Origin: a virus
IMG/VR virus record: IMGVR_UViG_3300041964_000083
Location: 1-64,000 of that record
Reading direction: 5' to 3' (one strand)
Length of the DNA stretch: 64,000 bases
Below the pieces are notes generated by a model. That model worked only from the letters and a program-made list of their open reading frames with translations. It was not told where the DNA came from and made no database searches. Numbering within the stretch: position 1 is the stretch's first letter; the number at the start of each line of letters is the position of its first letter. Shown here piece after piece: positions 19,496 through 28,302 of the stretch. The translations under genes and the position numbers were made by a program.

Positions 19496-22182
19496 TTGAT
19501 GAATTACCCAATGGTGAGCTTGCCCCGTGGCAAATTTACCGTCTACCTAAATTAGCCAAAAACTTACTGATTGACCCCAATAATCCCAGTCGCAATTACA
19601 CCGCGACTGATTGTTCGCGAGGGGTTCCGTCTGCTCTGTTACTTAACGGGCAGAATGCCTCTAACAAGGAAGTTCCCCACAAACAAGATAATGAGCCAGC
19701 ATTTTCCATCACCTCTGGAGCTAAATGGGCATCAGCGCTACTAATCGAACGCGCCGGCGCAAGTGATGCTCGTATCACTACCCGCACCCAGGACGAACCC
19801 GCATGGACACTTCGCTCATCTATTGGTACTGACCAAGCTGGACGTAATCGGAACGAGGTAATGAACGCTCTAGTTGGAGGTCGGGTTAAAAAATTAAATG
19901 CTCGTGCGATCGCGCGGCTGCAATCTGTTCCCGATTGGTATATCCTCCCCGACCAAATGAAAGATGCTGGACCACTCATCGGTAATGGCGTGCCTCCGTT
20001 ATTGAGCGAAGCCATTATGCGATCGCTTCTTCCTTATGTTCGCCAAAATCAAACTGAACTCAAACTGAACTCACCCTGCATTCAGACTGAACCGCAACTG
20101 AATATTCAATCAACATTCACACCAAGTTCAGATCAAGTTCAAACCAAGTTCAGCCTGAACTCAGTCGCACCTCATCCTGAACTGGCAAATGTAGAGGAAT
20201 CATTGAATGTTGAGCAAAAACCAGAGTTTACCCACAATTCAGCCATACTTCAGCCTGAGTTCACTCTGAGTTCAGACCAAGTTCACCACAATTTCAATAA
20301 CAATTCATATGGAGTTCAACCCACAACAGTTTCCCAAGGGGAGCGAAGCTCGTGCGCGAAGTCAAGAGCGACGGCAGAGAATTCAAGAACGTTTGGAAGA
20401 GGAACCAGCGACAACACCAGAATTAGCCGAGGAAGTTTACGGGGATTCGAGCAAGGTGAGGCAACGTCAAGTAGTCAAAGCTTACCTAGAGCCTTTGAAA
20501 ATCGAAGGGGAAATCGAAAAGGACGACAACGGCGTCTGGAAAAAGAAGAAATAATTCAGTGCAATTCTATTGAACCTACATTGAAGGTTCAATCAGCATT
20601 CACTGACAGTTCAGACCGAGTTCAGACTGAGTTCAGTCGAAGTTCAGTCGAAGTTCAACCAATTATTGAAAAACACAAGGAGAAAATTATGGTAGCTGCA
20701 CCAATAAACATTGTTTCTAAAGAAGCAGATGAGCAATACACACCTAACACCAAAGACCAACCTGTTGTTAACTTGGTAATTCAAGTGTTAGGTCAAATCG
20801 GTGTAGACGTTACCGCAGACTCAAACCGCCATGTTCCTGCAACGCATCACATCACTCAACAAGAGAATTACTTGCTAACAAGTGTCGAAGGGATGGGTAC
20901 GGCATTTATGAACCCACCTTATTCATGCCCTCTTCCATTTGTCCAAAAACTCTGCGCTGATTTTGCCGCCGAACATATTACCGAAGCGATCGCGCTTCTC
21001 AAAGCAGGGACTGCTCACAACCAAGGTACTGGCACACTCATTAAACAGCACGCTTCAGCTCAGTGCCAATGGGGCGTACATACCGGGCGTATTGGATTTA
21101 TTAAAGATGGCAAACAACGTAAAGGCGCTGATTTTGACTGCACACTTTACTACTTTGGCTCCAGCTGGCAGAAGTTTAAAGAAGTATTCGACGCTTGGGG
21201 ACTAGTGAGCTTGTTGCCTAAAGCTCAATCTCAGTTAATTCATATCAGCGACTTCCGAGAACAACGCGCTACTGACGACCAATTGACAACGGATAGTTGT
21301 CAGTCTGATCTAACCTACGACGAACAGCGCGATCGCCTACACCTCGAAAGAGAAGTAGAACAGGGTTTTCACAAAGCTGGCAAGGCACTGATGCATTTGC
21401 GTGATCGACGCCTCTACCGCTCCACACACCCGTCATGGGAAGCTTACTGCCAAGATAGATTTGTTTTTTCTCACCAGAACGCAGATAAGAAGATTGCCGC
21501 AGCGCGGGTTGTGGATGTATTGACATCGAATCATTGTCAACTATTACCTAGCTGTGTCGAACAAGCTTATCCCTTATCGAAACTGAAAGAAGAAAAAGAA
21601 ATTGTTGAATCGTGGGAGGAGTTGACCCAAGAAGGTAAGCGTCCATCCGGTCGGCGTGTGAGTGCCGTTGTTGCTGAAATATGCGATCGCCAACTAGCAC
21701 GCGGCGAGTACCACAACCCTTGGAAAGTCGGAGATATCTGCCAAATTCACAAAAAAGGTGACGCGACACTAGCAAAGTACGACGGATTATGGTCTGTTGT
21801 TAGTGAAGTAAAACCTAGACAGTGCGTTGTCAAGGTTTGGAACAAGGAGGTCTTGGTGAAAGCAGAAAATTTAGAAGAGCTACAAGTTGGGGAAGATTTT
21901 TTAAGTGTGTGCGATCGCATCCGTTCTCTTATGTCGCGACACATCAACGGCGATATCGAACTTAAGCGCGGACAGCTACGCTTTCTAGAAGCATTGGGTG
22001 AGCAGTCATCAATGTTTGAACCAGAAGACTTACAAATTCTTAAGTGTATTGAAGCGATAGCAAATAATCGTGATGCATCACTGGTGCAGGCTGCTGCATT
22101 GATTGTGGATAATATTGAGTATTTGATTCCAGAAGAAGTTCAAGATTTATCCGTAGCTTTACGCTCAACGCATGGCTTTTGA
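19465..22182 (+). CDS. C5-MTase C-terminal part (TRD, motifs IX-X) + low-complexity linker + N6-adenine MTase + cyanobacterial-type C-terminal domain; probable internal start at 20689
   Basis: ARLQSVPD..IGNGVPP; DEQYTP...FMNPPYS; LRDRRLYRSTH..WEAYCQDRF; AAGGAG Shine-Dalgarno before in-frame ATG 20689. Confidence 0.7.
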   Translation: MGWYCAIADLIDELPNGELAPWQIYRLPKLAKNLLIDPNNPSRNYTATDCSRGVPSALLLNGQNASNKEVPHKQDNEPAFSITSGAKWASALLIERAGASDARITTRTQDEPAWTLRSSIGTDQAGRNRNEVMNALVGGRVKKLNARAIARLQSVPDWYILPDQMKDAGPLIGNGVPPLLSEAIMRSLLPYVRQNQTELKLNSPCIQTEPQLNIQSTFTPSSDQVQTKFSLNSVAPHPELANVEESLNVEQKPEFTHNSAILQPEFTLSSDQVHHNFNNNSYGVQPTTVSQGERSSCAKSRATAENSRTFGRGTSDNTRISRGSLRGFEQGEATSSSQSLPRAFENRRGNRKGRQRRLEKEEIIQCNSIEPTLKVQSAFTDSSDRVQTEFSRSSVEVQPIIEKHKEKIMVAAPINIVSKEADEQYTPNTKDQPVVNLVIQVLGQIGVDVTADSNRHVPATHHITQQENYLLTSVEGMGTAFMNPPYSCPLPFVQKLCADFAAEHITEAIALLKAGTAHNQGTGTLIKQHASAQCQWGVHTGRIGFIKDGKQRKGADFDCTLYYFGSSWQKFKEVFDAWGLVSLLPKAQSQLIHISDFREQRATDDQLTTDSCQSDLTYDEQRDRLHLEREVEQGFHKAGKALMHLRDRRLYRSTHPSWEAYCQDRFVFSHQNADKKIAAARVVDVLTSNHCQLLPSCVEQAYPLSKLKEEKEIVESWEELTQEGKRPSGRRVSAVVAEICDRQLARGEYHNPWKVGDICQIHKKGDATLAKYDGLWSVVSEVKPRQCVVKVWNKEVLVKAENLEELQVGEDFLSVCDRIRSLMSRHINGDIELKRGQLRFLEALGEQSSMFEPEDLQILKCIEAIANNRDASLVQAAALIVDNIEYLIPEEVQDLSVALRSTHGF
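20050..20660. repeat. Degenerate 11-bp tandem arrays (consensus about CAGnCTGAGTT / CAnnCTGAACT)
   Basis: e.g. caaactgaact caaactgaact; cagcctgagtt cactctgagtt cagaccaagtt; cagaccgagtt cagactgagtt cagtcgaagtt cagtcgaagtt. Confidence 0.8.
20309..20554 (+). CDS. Small winged-helix-like protein nested out of frame inside the 905-aa ORF
   Basis: RIQERLEEEPATTPELAEEVYG..VKAYLEPLKIEGEIEKDDNGVW; the overlapping frame is low-complexity there. Confidence 0.55.
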   Translation: MEFNPQQFPKGSEARARSQERRQRIQERLEEEPATTPELAEEVYGDSSKVRQRQVVKAYLEPLKIEGEIEKDDNGVWKKKK

Positions 22183-22235
22183 CATCGAATCGTTGTCAAT
22201 TCAAAAACAAACCCTTCAACGTTGAAGGGTTTGTT
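22179..22235. terminator. Palindrome copy plus 30-bp perfect palindrome / terminator
   Basis: TTGACATCGAATCGTTGTCAA overlapping the stop codon, then AACAAACCCTTCAAC|GTTGAAGGGTTTGTT. Confidence 0.65.
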
Positions 22236-22454
22236 ATATAGAAATTAAGTAAATGAAAAAACTTCGTATTCTTGCATTAAAAAATATCTACAAACTCAAT
22301 AACATCAGTCTCTATGAGATTTTTGTGATCGCGTGTGAAGATGTCAGCATGATTCGTTATTCTAGTGTTTCGCCTATTGTTCAATGTCGAGTTAGGGCAG
22401 ACCAAATTGCATTTCCTTTTGTTGCGATGTGGTTAGATTTGAATGAAACTGTAA

Positions 22455-22829
22455 TTAGACAGGCAAATACACAGTAATTATTTTTGTCTCGCAATCATTA
22501 CTAACAACGTCTACAATTGCGGTAGATGTCCATTTTCCGTAATTATCAGCCCACAAATGCGTGTCTGGTGTCATTCGGTAGCTTCCACCTTTATAGCCTT
22601 GGAATGTTTCGTATTGGGCATCTCTTGCGTTATATAGAAGTGTTGCTACTGATACAGATGCAACACCAGTATCAAACCCTAGTGCTAGCTGATCATAAAA
22701 ACCACGATAACTATCAAACGTGGTTGGAATGTAACCACCAAAGTCAAATGTAATTTCATTTTCTTGAGGTTGTTGCTCAAGCTTGGTGATGAATTGTCCA
22801 ATTGTTAATGGTTGTGTGTGTTCGGTCAT
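22455..22829 (-). CDS. Conserved-type phage hypothetical protein
   Basis: DSYRGFYDQLA...FQGYKGG pattern. Confidence 0.65.
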   Translation of the reverse strand: MTEHTQPLTIGQFITKLEQQPQENEITFDFGGYIPTTFDSYRGFYDQLALGFDTGVASVSVATLLYNARDAQYETFQGYKGGSYRMTPDTHLWADNYGKWTSTAIVDVVSNDCETKIITVYLPV

Positions 22830-23290
22830 ACCATAAATGGAAGTGCTAGCTTTTGTTCTAATAATAAATCATTGAGACATCGCTCGTCAGGGAAAAATAT
22901 TCGCCCTAGATACCGTCCATATTTCTCTTGTTTAGTCTTAGCTTTTACCCGAATCGTCTCCAGCGTGATGATTGTATCGACAGGAAGTATCGCTTCTACA
23001 AACGTCCGCGATTCTTTCCCAGCATCTGTATTTTTCTCAGGCGCGTTAATACCATAGAATCTGATTGATTCACCCTTAAGCCAGATAGGTGTACCTGCCA
23101 AAATTGGTGCAAGAAAGTCTCTAGATACAGATAGCGAAAACCCTAAATCTATCAACCAATCATCGTGTGGTATTTCTCGAAGTTGAGAAAGACTAGCAAG
23201 GTTAATGTCAACACTAATCGTATCACCATCCTTCACTTGTTTCACTATCGCTTGATAACACCATTTCGTTGGTTCTGGTTTCGTTTTCAT
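22826..23290 (-). CDS. Thermonuclease (SNase-like)
   Basis: VKDGDTI, IRFYGINAPE, EKYGRYLG, LNDLLL..LA. Confidence 0.85.
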   Translation of the reverse strand: MKTKPEPTKWCYQAIVKQVKDGDTISVDINLASLSQLREIPHDDWLIDLGFSLSVSRDFLAPILAGTPIWLKGESIRFYGINAPEKNTDAGKESRTFVEAILPVDTIITLETIRVKAKTKQEKYGRYLGRIFFPDERCLNDLLLEQKLALPFMV

Positions 23291-23519
23291 GATTGTTGGG
23301 GTTTAGTTGTTTTTTAATTGCATCTGCCCACGAATTGGCTTCTAGCCAATTAATTTCTCGAAAACTCAATACGTTTTGGGTTAGTGCGTCTATTAACGTT
23401 CGGTAGTCGCGATCGCACATCAACATTTTAAATAATGGACGCTTGCTCTCAACATCGCGTTGCACCATCTGCCGAGCTAGTAGCATATTCATGGGTGCGC
23501 TGATTAGGCTTGCTTTCAT
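23223..23519 (-). CDS. Hypothetical protein
   Basis: 98-aa ORF in leftward operon. Confidence 0.45.
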   Translation of the reverse strand: MKASLISAPMNMLLARQMVQRDVESKRPLFKMLMCDRDYRTLIDALTQNVLSFREINWLEANSWADAIKKQLNPNNHENETRTNEMVLSSDSETSEGW

Positions 23520-23597
23520 AAAATAAAACCCTCGTATTATCGAGGGTTTGAGCTATTGACTGATAATAAAGTTAGGTAACCTAATTATAGCAAAAAC

Positions 23598-25055
23598 CTA
23601 ACTTGGAGGCATCCAACGCGATCGCACATTACTATTCTTTGCCAGTTCAATCACTTCATCAATTTGCGACTTCAAAAGCTCCCCAGCACGAGTAATTCCA
23701 TACTCTTCATAAAACATCGCCATTATAGCTTTTGCATTCCATTTATTTTGTTGAAACACAGGATAGATAACGTTTTCCCAATCTGACGCAGTAATGGTTT
23801 TAATCTCAACTTCAGCATCTATCGTAAACGCTTGATCGTTCCATTGCCTAGCAGCTTCTGGATTACCAGCAATTAGTATTAGTTCTAGTTGCTGCTCCTG
23901 TGTGAGCTGCGTGAGGCTTGAGATTTTGTAATGCTCAAGTAGCTTTGCGATCGCGTCATCAGTCCACCCATTTTGGTTAAACGTGTCTTCTAGCTGCATT
24001 ATCATTTGCTGATTAGCAGGACGATCTTTTGGTGCAGTAGGAATAAGTGTTGGGGTAGCTTCCTCAATATTTGGAACTTCTGACGCGACTGGAAGTAGAA
24101 CTTGTGTTTGAACAGTAGAAGACGCGATCGCTTTGGCATCAACAGTTATATCTCCCGTCATTAACCCAACAATAACTTCTCTGGTAGGGTTTAAGCCTCG
24201 ACTAATCAGCTCTTGGGCAAGCTGCTGTTTTCTATACCAGTCCATCCAAATAGGGTCAATCTGCAAATCCAAATCCCAAAACTTAGACTCGCTCTTTTTA
24301 CCCGTAAACTCATACTCTTTTTTACCAGCACGCTTCCACTGATTTTCAGGCTTGAGTGCCGCAGTCGGACGTTTACGTAGTCTTTCTATCCGGGTTAGAA
24401 CCAAGGGTATCTTATGTCTAGTCCAGTAACACGGATATGGAGATTGGGTGATTGAGCCTAGCTCACGTTGAATTTGGCGTATCTGTTTAATGATATTACT
24501 CACATCACCATACGCTTTCATCTCGAACTGGCAGTGAATCATCAAGTCAGAGTCCAGCAACTCTCTAATGTAGAAGTGGAGCATTCCATCTGGTTTACAC
24601 TCATTGGGGCAATCCCAACTATCTTCACCGCGCAGCGGACAAGGGCTATCACAACTCTTTAATACACGTCGTTTACCTCGGTGCGTGGTAATGGTTTCGG
24701 CTTGTTTGTAGATTGTGTCACGATCGCACAACATTAATATGCCAGAACCGTCAAACGCTTTCATTTGCGTTTCAAAAGTTAAGTCTGGATCTTCCAATGC
24801 TAAATAGAGATTGATTTTGTCAACAATGAAGTCGCCTTCTTTATTAGCTTCTCCATATGTTTCGGCAAGAGTCATGGCTACTCTTTTGTGTGAAGTAACT
24901 ATTCTGATTTTTTCTTGAAGGTCAGCCCCTGGTCGAGTGCTGTCACCCATACCTGTTTTTCTTGCGCCTTTGTAGCATTTTACATCTGCTACACCGAGCA
25001 TTTCATAGACTGGATTCGATTCTTCGTTTACGTCGGTTAGTCCTACTATTGGCAT
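23598..25055 (-). CDS. Gp3-like (recombination directionality factor-like) phage protein
   Basis: MPIVGLTD..KG.RK N-terminus, CD..., CPL..CP..CKP.G.L Cys cluster, IPLVL.R. Confidence 0.55.
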   Translation of the reverse strand: MPIVGLTDVNEESNPVYEMLGVADVKCYKGARKTGMGDSTRPGADLQEKIRIVTSHKRVAMTLAETYGEANKEGDFIVDKINLYLALEDPDLTFETQMKAFDGSGILMLCDRDTIYKQAETITTHRGKRRVLKSCDSPCPLRGEDSWDCPNECKPDGMLHFYIRELLDSDLMIHCQFEMKAYGDVSNIIKQIRQIQRELGSITQSPYPCYWTRHKIPLVLTRIERLRKRPTAALKPENQWKRAGKKEYEFTGKKSESKFWDLDLQIDPIWMDWYRKQQLAQELISRGLNPTREVIVGLMTGDITVDAKAIASSTVQTQVLLPVASEVPNIEEATPTLIPTAPKDRPANQQMIMQLEDTFNQNGWTDDAIAKLLEHYKISSLTQLTQEQQLELILIAGNPEAARQWNDQAFTIDAEVEIKTITASDWENVIYPVFQQNKWNAKAIMAMFYEEYGITRAGELLKSQIDEVIELAKNSNVRSRWMPPS

Positions 25056-25069
25056 GGGTTAGTCCTTAG

Positions 25070-25516
25070 CTATGTGCGAGTTATTGCAGAACTTAGTCTG
25101 AGTTCAGTGTTTTGTAGTTCTCGAATACTAGTGGCGATGTCGTGAATCCAAGGTGAGTCAGGGAATACGCGATCGCGTGTCAGTCGGTGTAATTTGAATC
25201 CCAACTTGTAGGCAACATCTTCCTTCTGCCTATCTTCATCAAACTTGATTCGATGAACTCCCCCATCGCATTCGATTAAGACGGTAGGGGGAGCAATAAA
25301 CAAGTGCGGCTTACAACCAATAAATCGTTTACCGTTATCCCAAGCAAAATCCGCTTTCAGCTTCCCGCGCCTAACAACAGTACGACCAGACCATGCGATC
25401 GGTGCTTGGGTTATTAGGTTTAGATCTGGGTACATTTCGATCCAGATATTAGCAAAGTCTTGCTCTAATACAGACTTTGCCATATCCGCGATCGCTAGAG
25501 GGTGGATGTTTTGCAT
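25070..25516 (-). CDS. PD-(D/E)xK (DUF559/Vsr-like) nuclease
   Basis: KADFAW...LIECDGGVH...DRQK...LGFKLHR. Confidence 0.7.
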   Translation of the reverse strand: MQNIHPLAIADMAKSVLEQDFANIWIEMYPDLNLITQAPIAWSGRTVVRRGKLKADFAWDNGKRFIGCKPHLFIAPPTVLIECDGGVHRIKFDEDRQKEDVAYKLGFKLHRLTRDRVFPDSPWIHDIATSIRELQNTELRLSSAITRT

Positions 25517-25521
25517 GGACG

Positions 25522-26055
25522 TTAGAAAAAGATTGGGTTAGGGACAATTTGATTGTTCGATCCATCCCAGAGCAAAATTCCGTAAGCTGTGAGTTTTGAA
25601 ACAACCTTCTGTTCCATTTGTGACACTGGAATGTTTAGCTTTTCCCGAAATGTTGCTTTTGTGTTAGAGCGTATTTCGTTGAGAGTCCATTCAACGGGTG
25701 TTTTTGCTGCTGGTTTTAGCGGTACTTCTGCTAGCACACGCCAAGCCCAATAAGTGGTTAGGCATTTTTGCTCTAGAAGTTTGGCTTCGTCTTCTCCAAT
25801 AAGATGAGGAAGTATTTCGGGGTCAGTCAAGCTAATATTTTCAATTTTGTCAATCATAGGGTAAAGATGAATCCCTATGCTTTGGATTACTGATGAAGTA
25901 GAAATAACAACACTACGATGTAATCCACTTTTAACTTTTTGAGCTTGAGCAAGTTGATACAGTGTTTTAGAGTATTGTTCGTTAAGCATGAGTTTGGTAT
26001 GACTTATGGGTGAGTTCAGCGTGAGTTCGGTGTTCTTTGCGGATAGCGCGATCAT
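25522..26055 (-). CDS. Hypothetical protein (start uncertain, possibly 25989)
   Basis: ORF in leftward operon. Confidence 0.5.
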   Translation of the reverse strand: MIALSAKNTELTLNSPISHTKLMLNEQYSKTLYQLAQAQKVKSGLHRSVVISTSSVIQSIGIHLYPMIDKIENISLTDPEILPHLIGEDEAKLLEQKCLTTYWAWRVLAEVPLKPAAKTPVEWTLNEIRSNTKATFREKLNIPVSQMEQKVVSKLTAYGILLWDGSNNQIVPNPIFF

Positions 26056-26179
26056 ACGCGGCTTTAGCTTGGGACTCTACTTCATCTGGTGTTGCCCCTA
26101 CATCTTCAAACATTTTGCGGGTGCAATCTGCGTATTTTACTGGATCGAGCTTTAGAGTGTCCTGACACATGGTATTCAA
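25982..26179 (-). CDS. Hypothetical protein
   Basis: 65-aa ORF in leftward operon. Confidence 0.4.
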   Translation of the reverse strand: MNTMCQDTLKLDPVKYADCTRKMFEDVGATPDEVESQAKAAYDRAIRKEHRTHAELTHKSYQTHA

Positions 26180-26272
26180 TAGGTGTGGGTGTACAGGAGC
26201 ACCGAAACAAGAGCAGCTAACCTCGGCATTAGTTAGTATTGACGCTGAGGTTAGCCTGAGTTAAGTCTGAGT

Positions 26273-26392
26273 TCAGCGTCGAGAGCAACCCGGAGGGGGC
26301 GATGCTGTGTTGTTGCAGTCGGTTTGCGCGATCGCAACACTATAGTTACTGAAAATGATTAGCGCGATCGCAAAATAGATTCTAGTTTTCAC
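26273..26392 (-). CDS. Small secreted peptide (39 aa; below the ORF-track cutoff)
   Basis: GAGGT RBS + GTG; MKTRIYFAIALIIFSNYSVAIA|QTDCNNTASPPPGCSRR, signal peptide with AxA site. Confidence 0.55.
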   Translation of the reverse strand: MKTRIYFAIALIIFSNYSVAIAQTDCNNTASPPPGCSRR

Positions 26393-26588
26393 TAACTACC
26401 TCGTCTTGCTGCTCTTGTTGCAGAGTATTGAGATTGTCCGCAAGTATTTGAATTTGCTCAATATCGCTGGAATTATTAGCTTCCGCGATCGCGTTATTGA
26501 TTGTTTCTTTCAAGACTTCTACATTCAGTGTCATGCTGTTAATACCTCTTGTGTTTGCTTGAGGCACTAACGCTGCTTGCTTTGTCAT
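26382..26588 (-). CDS. Hypothetical protein
   Basis: 68-aa ORF. Confidence 0.45.
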   Translation of the reverse strand: MTKQAALVPQANTRGINSMTLNVEVLKETINNAIAEANNSSDIEQIQILADNLNTLQQEQQDEVVSEN

Positions 26589-26750
26589 TGGCGAAAGCAG
26601 CGTTAGTTAACCTTGAGTTCAGGATGAACTCTGTTGAGGTGAGTCACCTCTGTCCGCCGACTGGACACAGAAGGGCTGATAGCGTAACTCACACGTTATT
26701 CAATGTGAGTTCAGCCTGAGTTCAGGCTGAACTCGGTGATCGCTAATCAG

Positions 26751-27005
26751 TTAGAACGGTAGTGATTCTTGCTGGCGAAGTGCTTGTCTGCGCTCCCAAT
26801 CAATTAACAGATTTTGAGCAGCTATCTCTGGATTAAGGTAGCGGGTATCGTCGTCACCGCTAGTCAGCCAGCGTGGGAATGCGATGGATTTAAAGACTTG
26901 ACCAACGTAGATATCGTTGTAGTATACGATATATGCTTGGGTTATATCCTCGACGGGTTCGAGGTACAATGTGGTGTTGCAATCGGTTTTGGCTTGTTGT
27001 AGCAT
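26751..27005 (-). CDS. Hypothetical protein, first gene of leftward early operon
   Basis: AAGGAA RBS before ATG. Confidence 0.6.
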   Translation of the reverse strand: MLQQAKTDCNTTLYLEPVEDITQAYIVYYNDIYVGQVFKSIAFPRWLTSGDDDTRYLNPEIAAQNLLIDWERRQALRQQESLPF

Positions 27006-27110
27006 TTTTGGTTCCTTATGTTGAGGCGATCGCGTGTCTTGTCGGAGTGCGCGATCGCTTTTTGCGTTGTGGAGCTTCCGTGTGGTTGCTTGTCATGTCA
27101 CTATCTTATT

Positions 27111-27153
27111 AACCCGCTAATATTTTGTCAACGGGTTGACACGAACCCGTTAA
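27111..27153. promoter_or_regulatory. Divergent promoter / operator cluster
   Basis: AACCCG(C/T)TAA at 27111 and 27144, inverted CGGGTT at 27132 inside GTCAAC-GG-GTTGAC; between divergent genes. Confidence 0.55.
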
Positions 27154-27178
27154 TGTTTTTAGATAGAAGGATGAGTTA

Positions 27179-27409
27179 GTGACAGACATGAAAGGATTGA
27201 GAAAAAAACTAAATTTAAGGGTTGAAGACGTTGCTTATCCGCTAGGCGTATCAGTTTCTAGCGTTAGGAACTGGGAAGCAGGTCGCACTATACCCAAACT
27301 AAGACTCGATCAATTTGCGTTTTTGTGTCGAATGTATCAAGTAGGAATAGAAGAACTTGAAGCAGCGGCTATGGAATCACAAAATAAATTGGAGACAAAT
27401 GATGGCTAA
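27179..27409 (+). CDS. Cro-like XRE HTH regulator
   Basis: LRKKLNLRVEDVAYPLGVSVSSVRNWEAGRTIP. Confidence 0.85.
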   Translation: MTDMKGLRKKLNLRVEDVAYPLGVSVSSVRNWEAGRTIPKLRLDQFAFLCRMYQVGIEELEAAAMESQNKLETNDG

Positions 27410-27752
27410 AGAATGGCATTTAGAAAGAACGATGCAGTGCGATAAGTGTCCTTGGAAAGTTTCTACCAATCCGCTTGAAATACCTAATGGGTATTCAATA
27501 GAAAAGCACCAAGGATTGCGTAACACTATTTCAGATGGCTCCATCAACATAACTTCTACCCTGAATGCAATGGCGTGTCACGAATCAAAATTGGATAATC
27601 CAGTCTACTGTGTTGGTTGGCTTGAAAATCAGTTAGGTGTGGGTAACAATATTGCGCTTCGGTTAAAAATGTACAGTTGTGCTAACGCAGGAGACATAAC
27701 TATTGTAGGAGAACAGCATTTGAGTTTTGAAGATACTTTGCCAAAGCAGTGA
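27399..27752 (+). CDS. Cys/His-rich phage hypothetical protein
   Basis: QCDKCPWK...MACHES...CVGWL. Confidence 0.65.
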   Translation: MMAKEWHLERTMQCDKCPWKVSTNPLEIPNGYSIEKHQGLRNTISDGSINITSTLNAMACHESKLDNPVYCVGWLENQLGVGNNIALRLKMYSCANAGDITIVGEQHLSFEDTLPKQ

Positions 27753-27961
27753 ATATGACTAGAGATGAAGCATTAGAACATCAAATCAATGGCAATCAGT
27801 TAATTTTCCAAAACAGAATTATCTACATCAGTCAATTGTGTATGCCTTGGGCACAACCTGCTTGGGCGTATGTTGTTGAGAAAAATGAGAGGGGTTCGTT
27901 GATTTGGGGACAGAAGGTTCTGTTGTCTGAGTTGCTAGTTAACGAAAAAGTACGCGAATGA
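27749..27961 (+). CDS. Hypothetical protein
   Basis: Coupled to upstream gene. Confidence 0.45.
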   Translation: MNMTRDEALEHQINGNQLIFQNRIIYISQLCMPWAQPAWAYVVEKNERGSLIWGQKVLLSELLVNEKVRE

Positions 27962-28219
27962 AACCCATTTACTATCAAAGGTTAACTTTGTCACAGCTTC
28001 AGTCTTTAGCAACAGACCGTTTTGGCTCCTTGCAATCTGCTTCGCTTATGGCGCAAAGAGCCTGTCAGCTAGGCGAGTCAATTACGAGGAACAAAGCGCC
28101 TTGGATTTGAGCTTTAGAAGAGCCACTTAATCCAGAAGACTTAGGCGCGATCGCGACACATGAGCGTTGGGCAAAAGATATGCGCGATCGCAGTAATCCC
28201 ACTATCACTACTTAGAAAC

Positions 28220-28272
28220 TGACAACTAATTGATGTCAAAAAACTAACCCCCTCAACGTCGAGGGGGTTTTG
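28220..28272. terminator. Palindrome copy plus terminator hairpin
   Basis: TGACAACTAATTGATGTCA then AACCCCCTC-aacgtc-GAGGGGGTT. Confidence 0.6.
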
Positions 28273-28302
28273 TTATGGGTGTGTGGTGAGCAAGTGTGCT
28301 AA

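Noticed and set aside
20050-20660. CRISPR array
   Set aside because: Units are contiguous degenerate 11-mers without unique spacers, and there are no cas genes
26307-26990. Near-identical 19-mers (gtgttgttgcagtcggttt / gtggtgttgcaatcggttt) in two small genes
   Set aside because: Only two imperfect copies; insufficient support for a function
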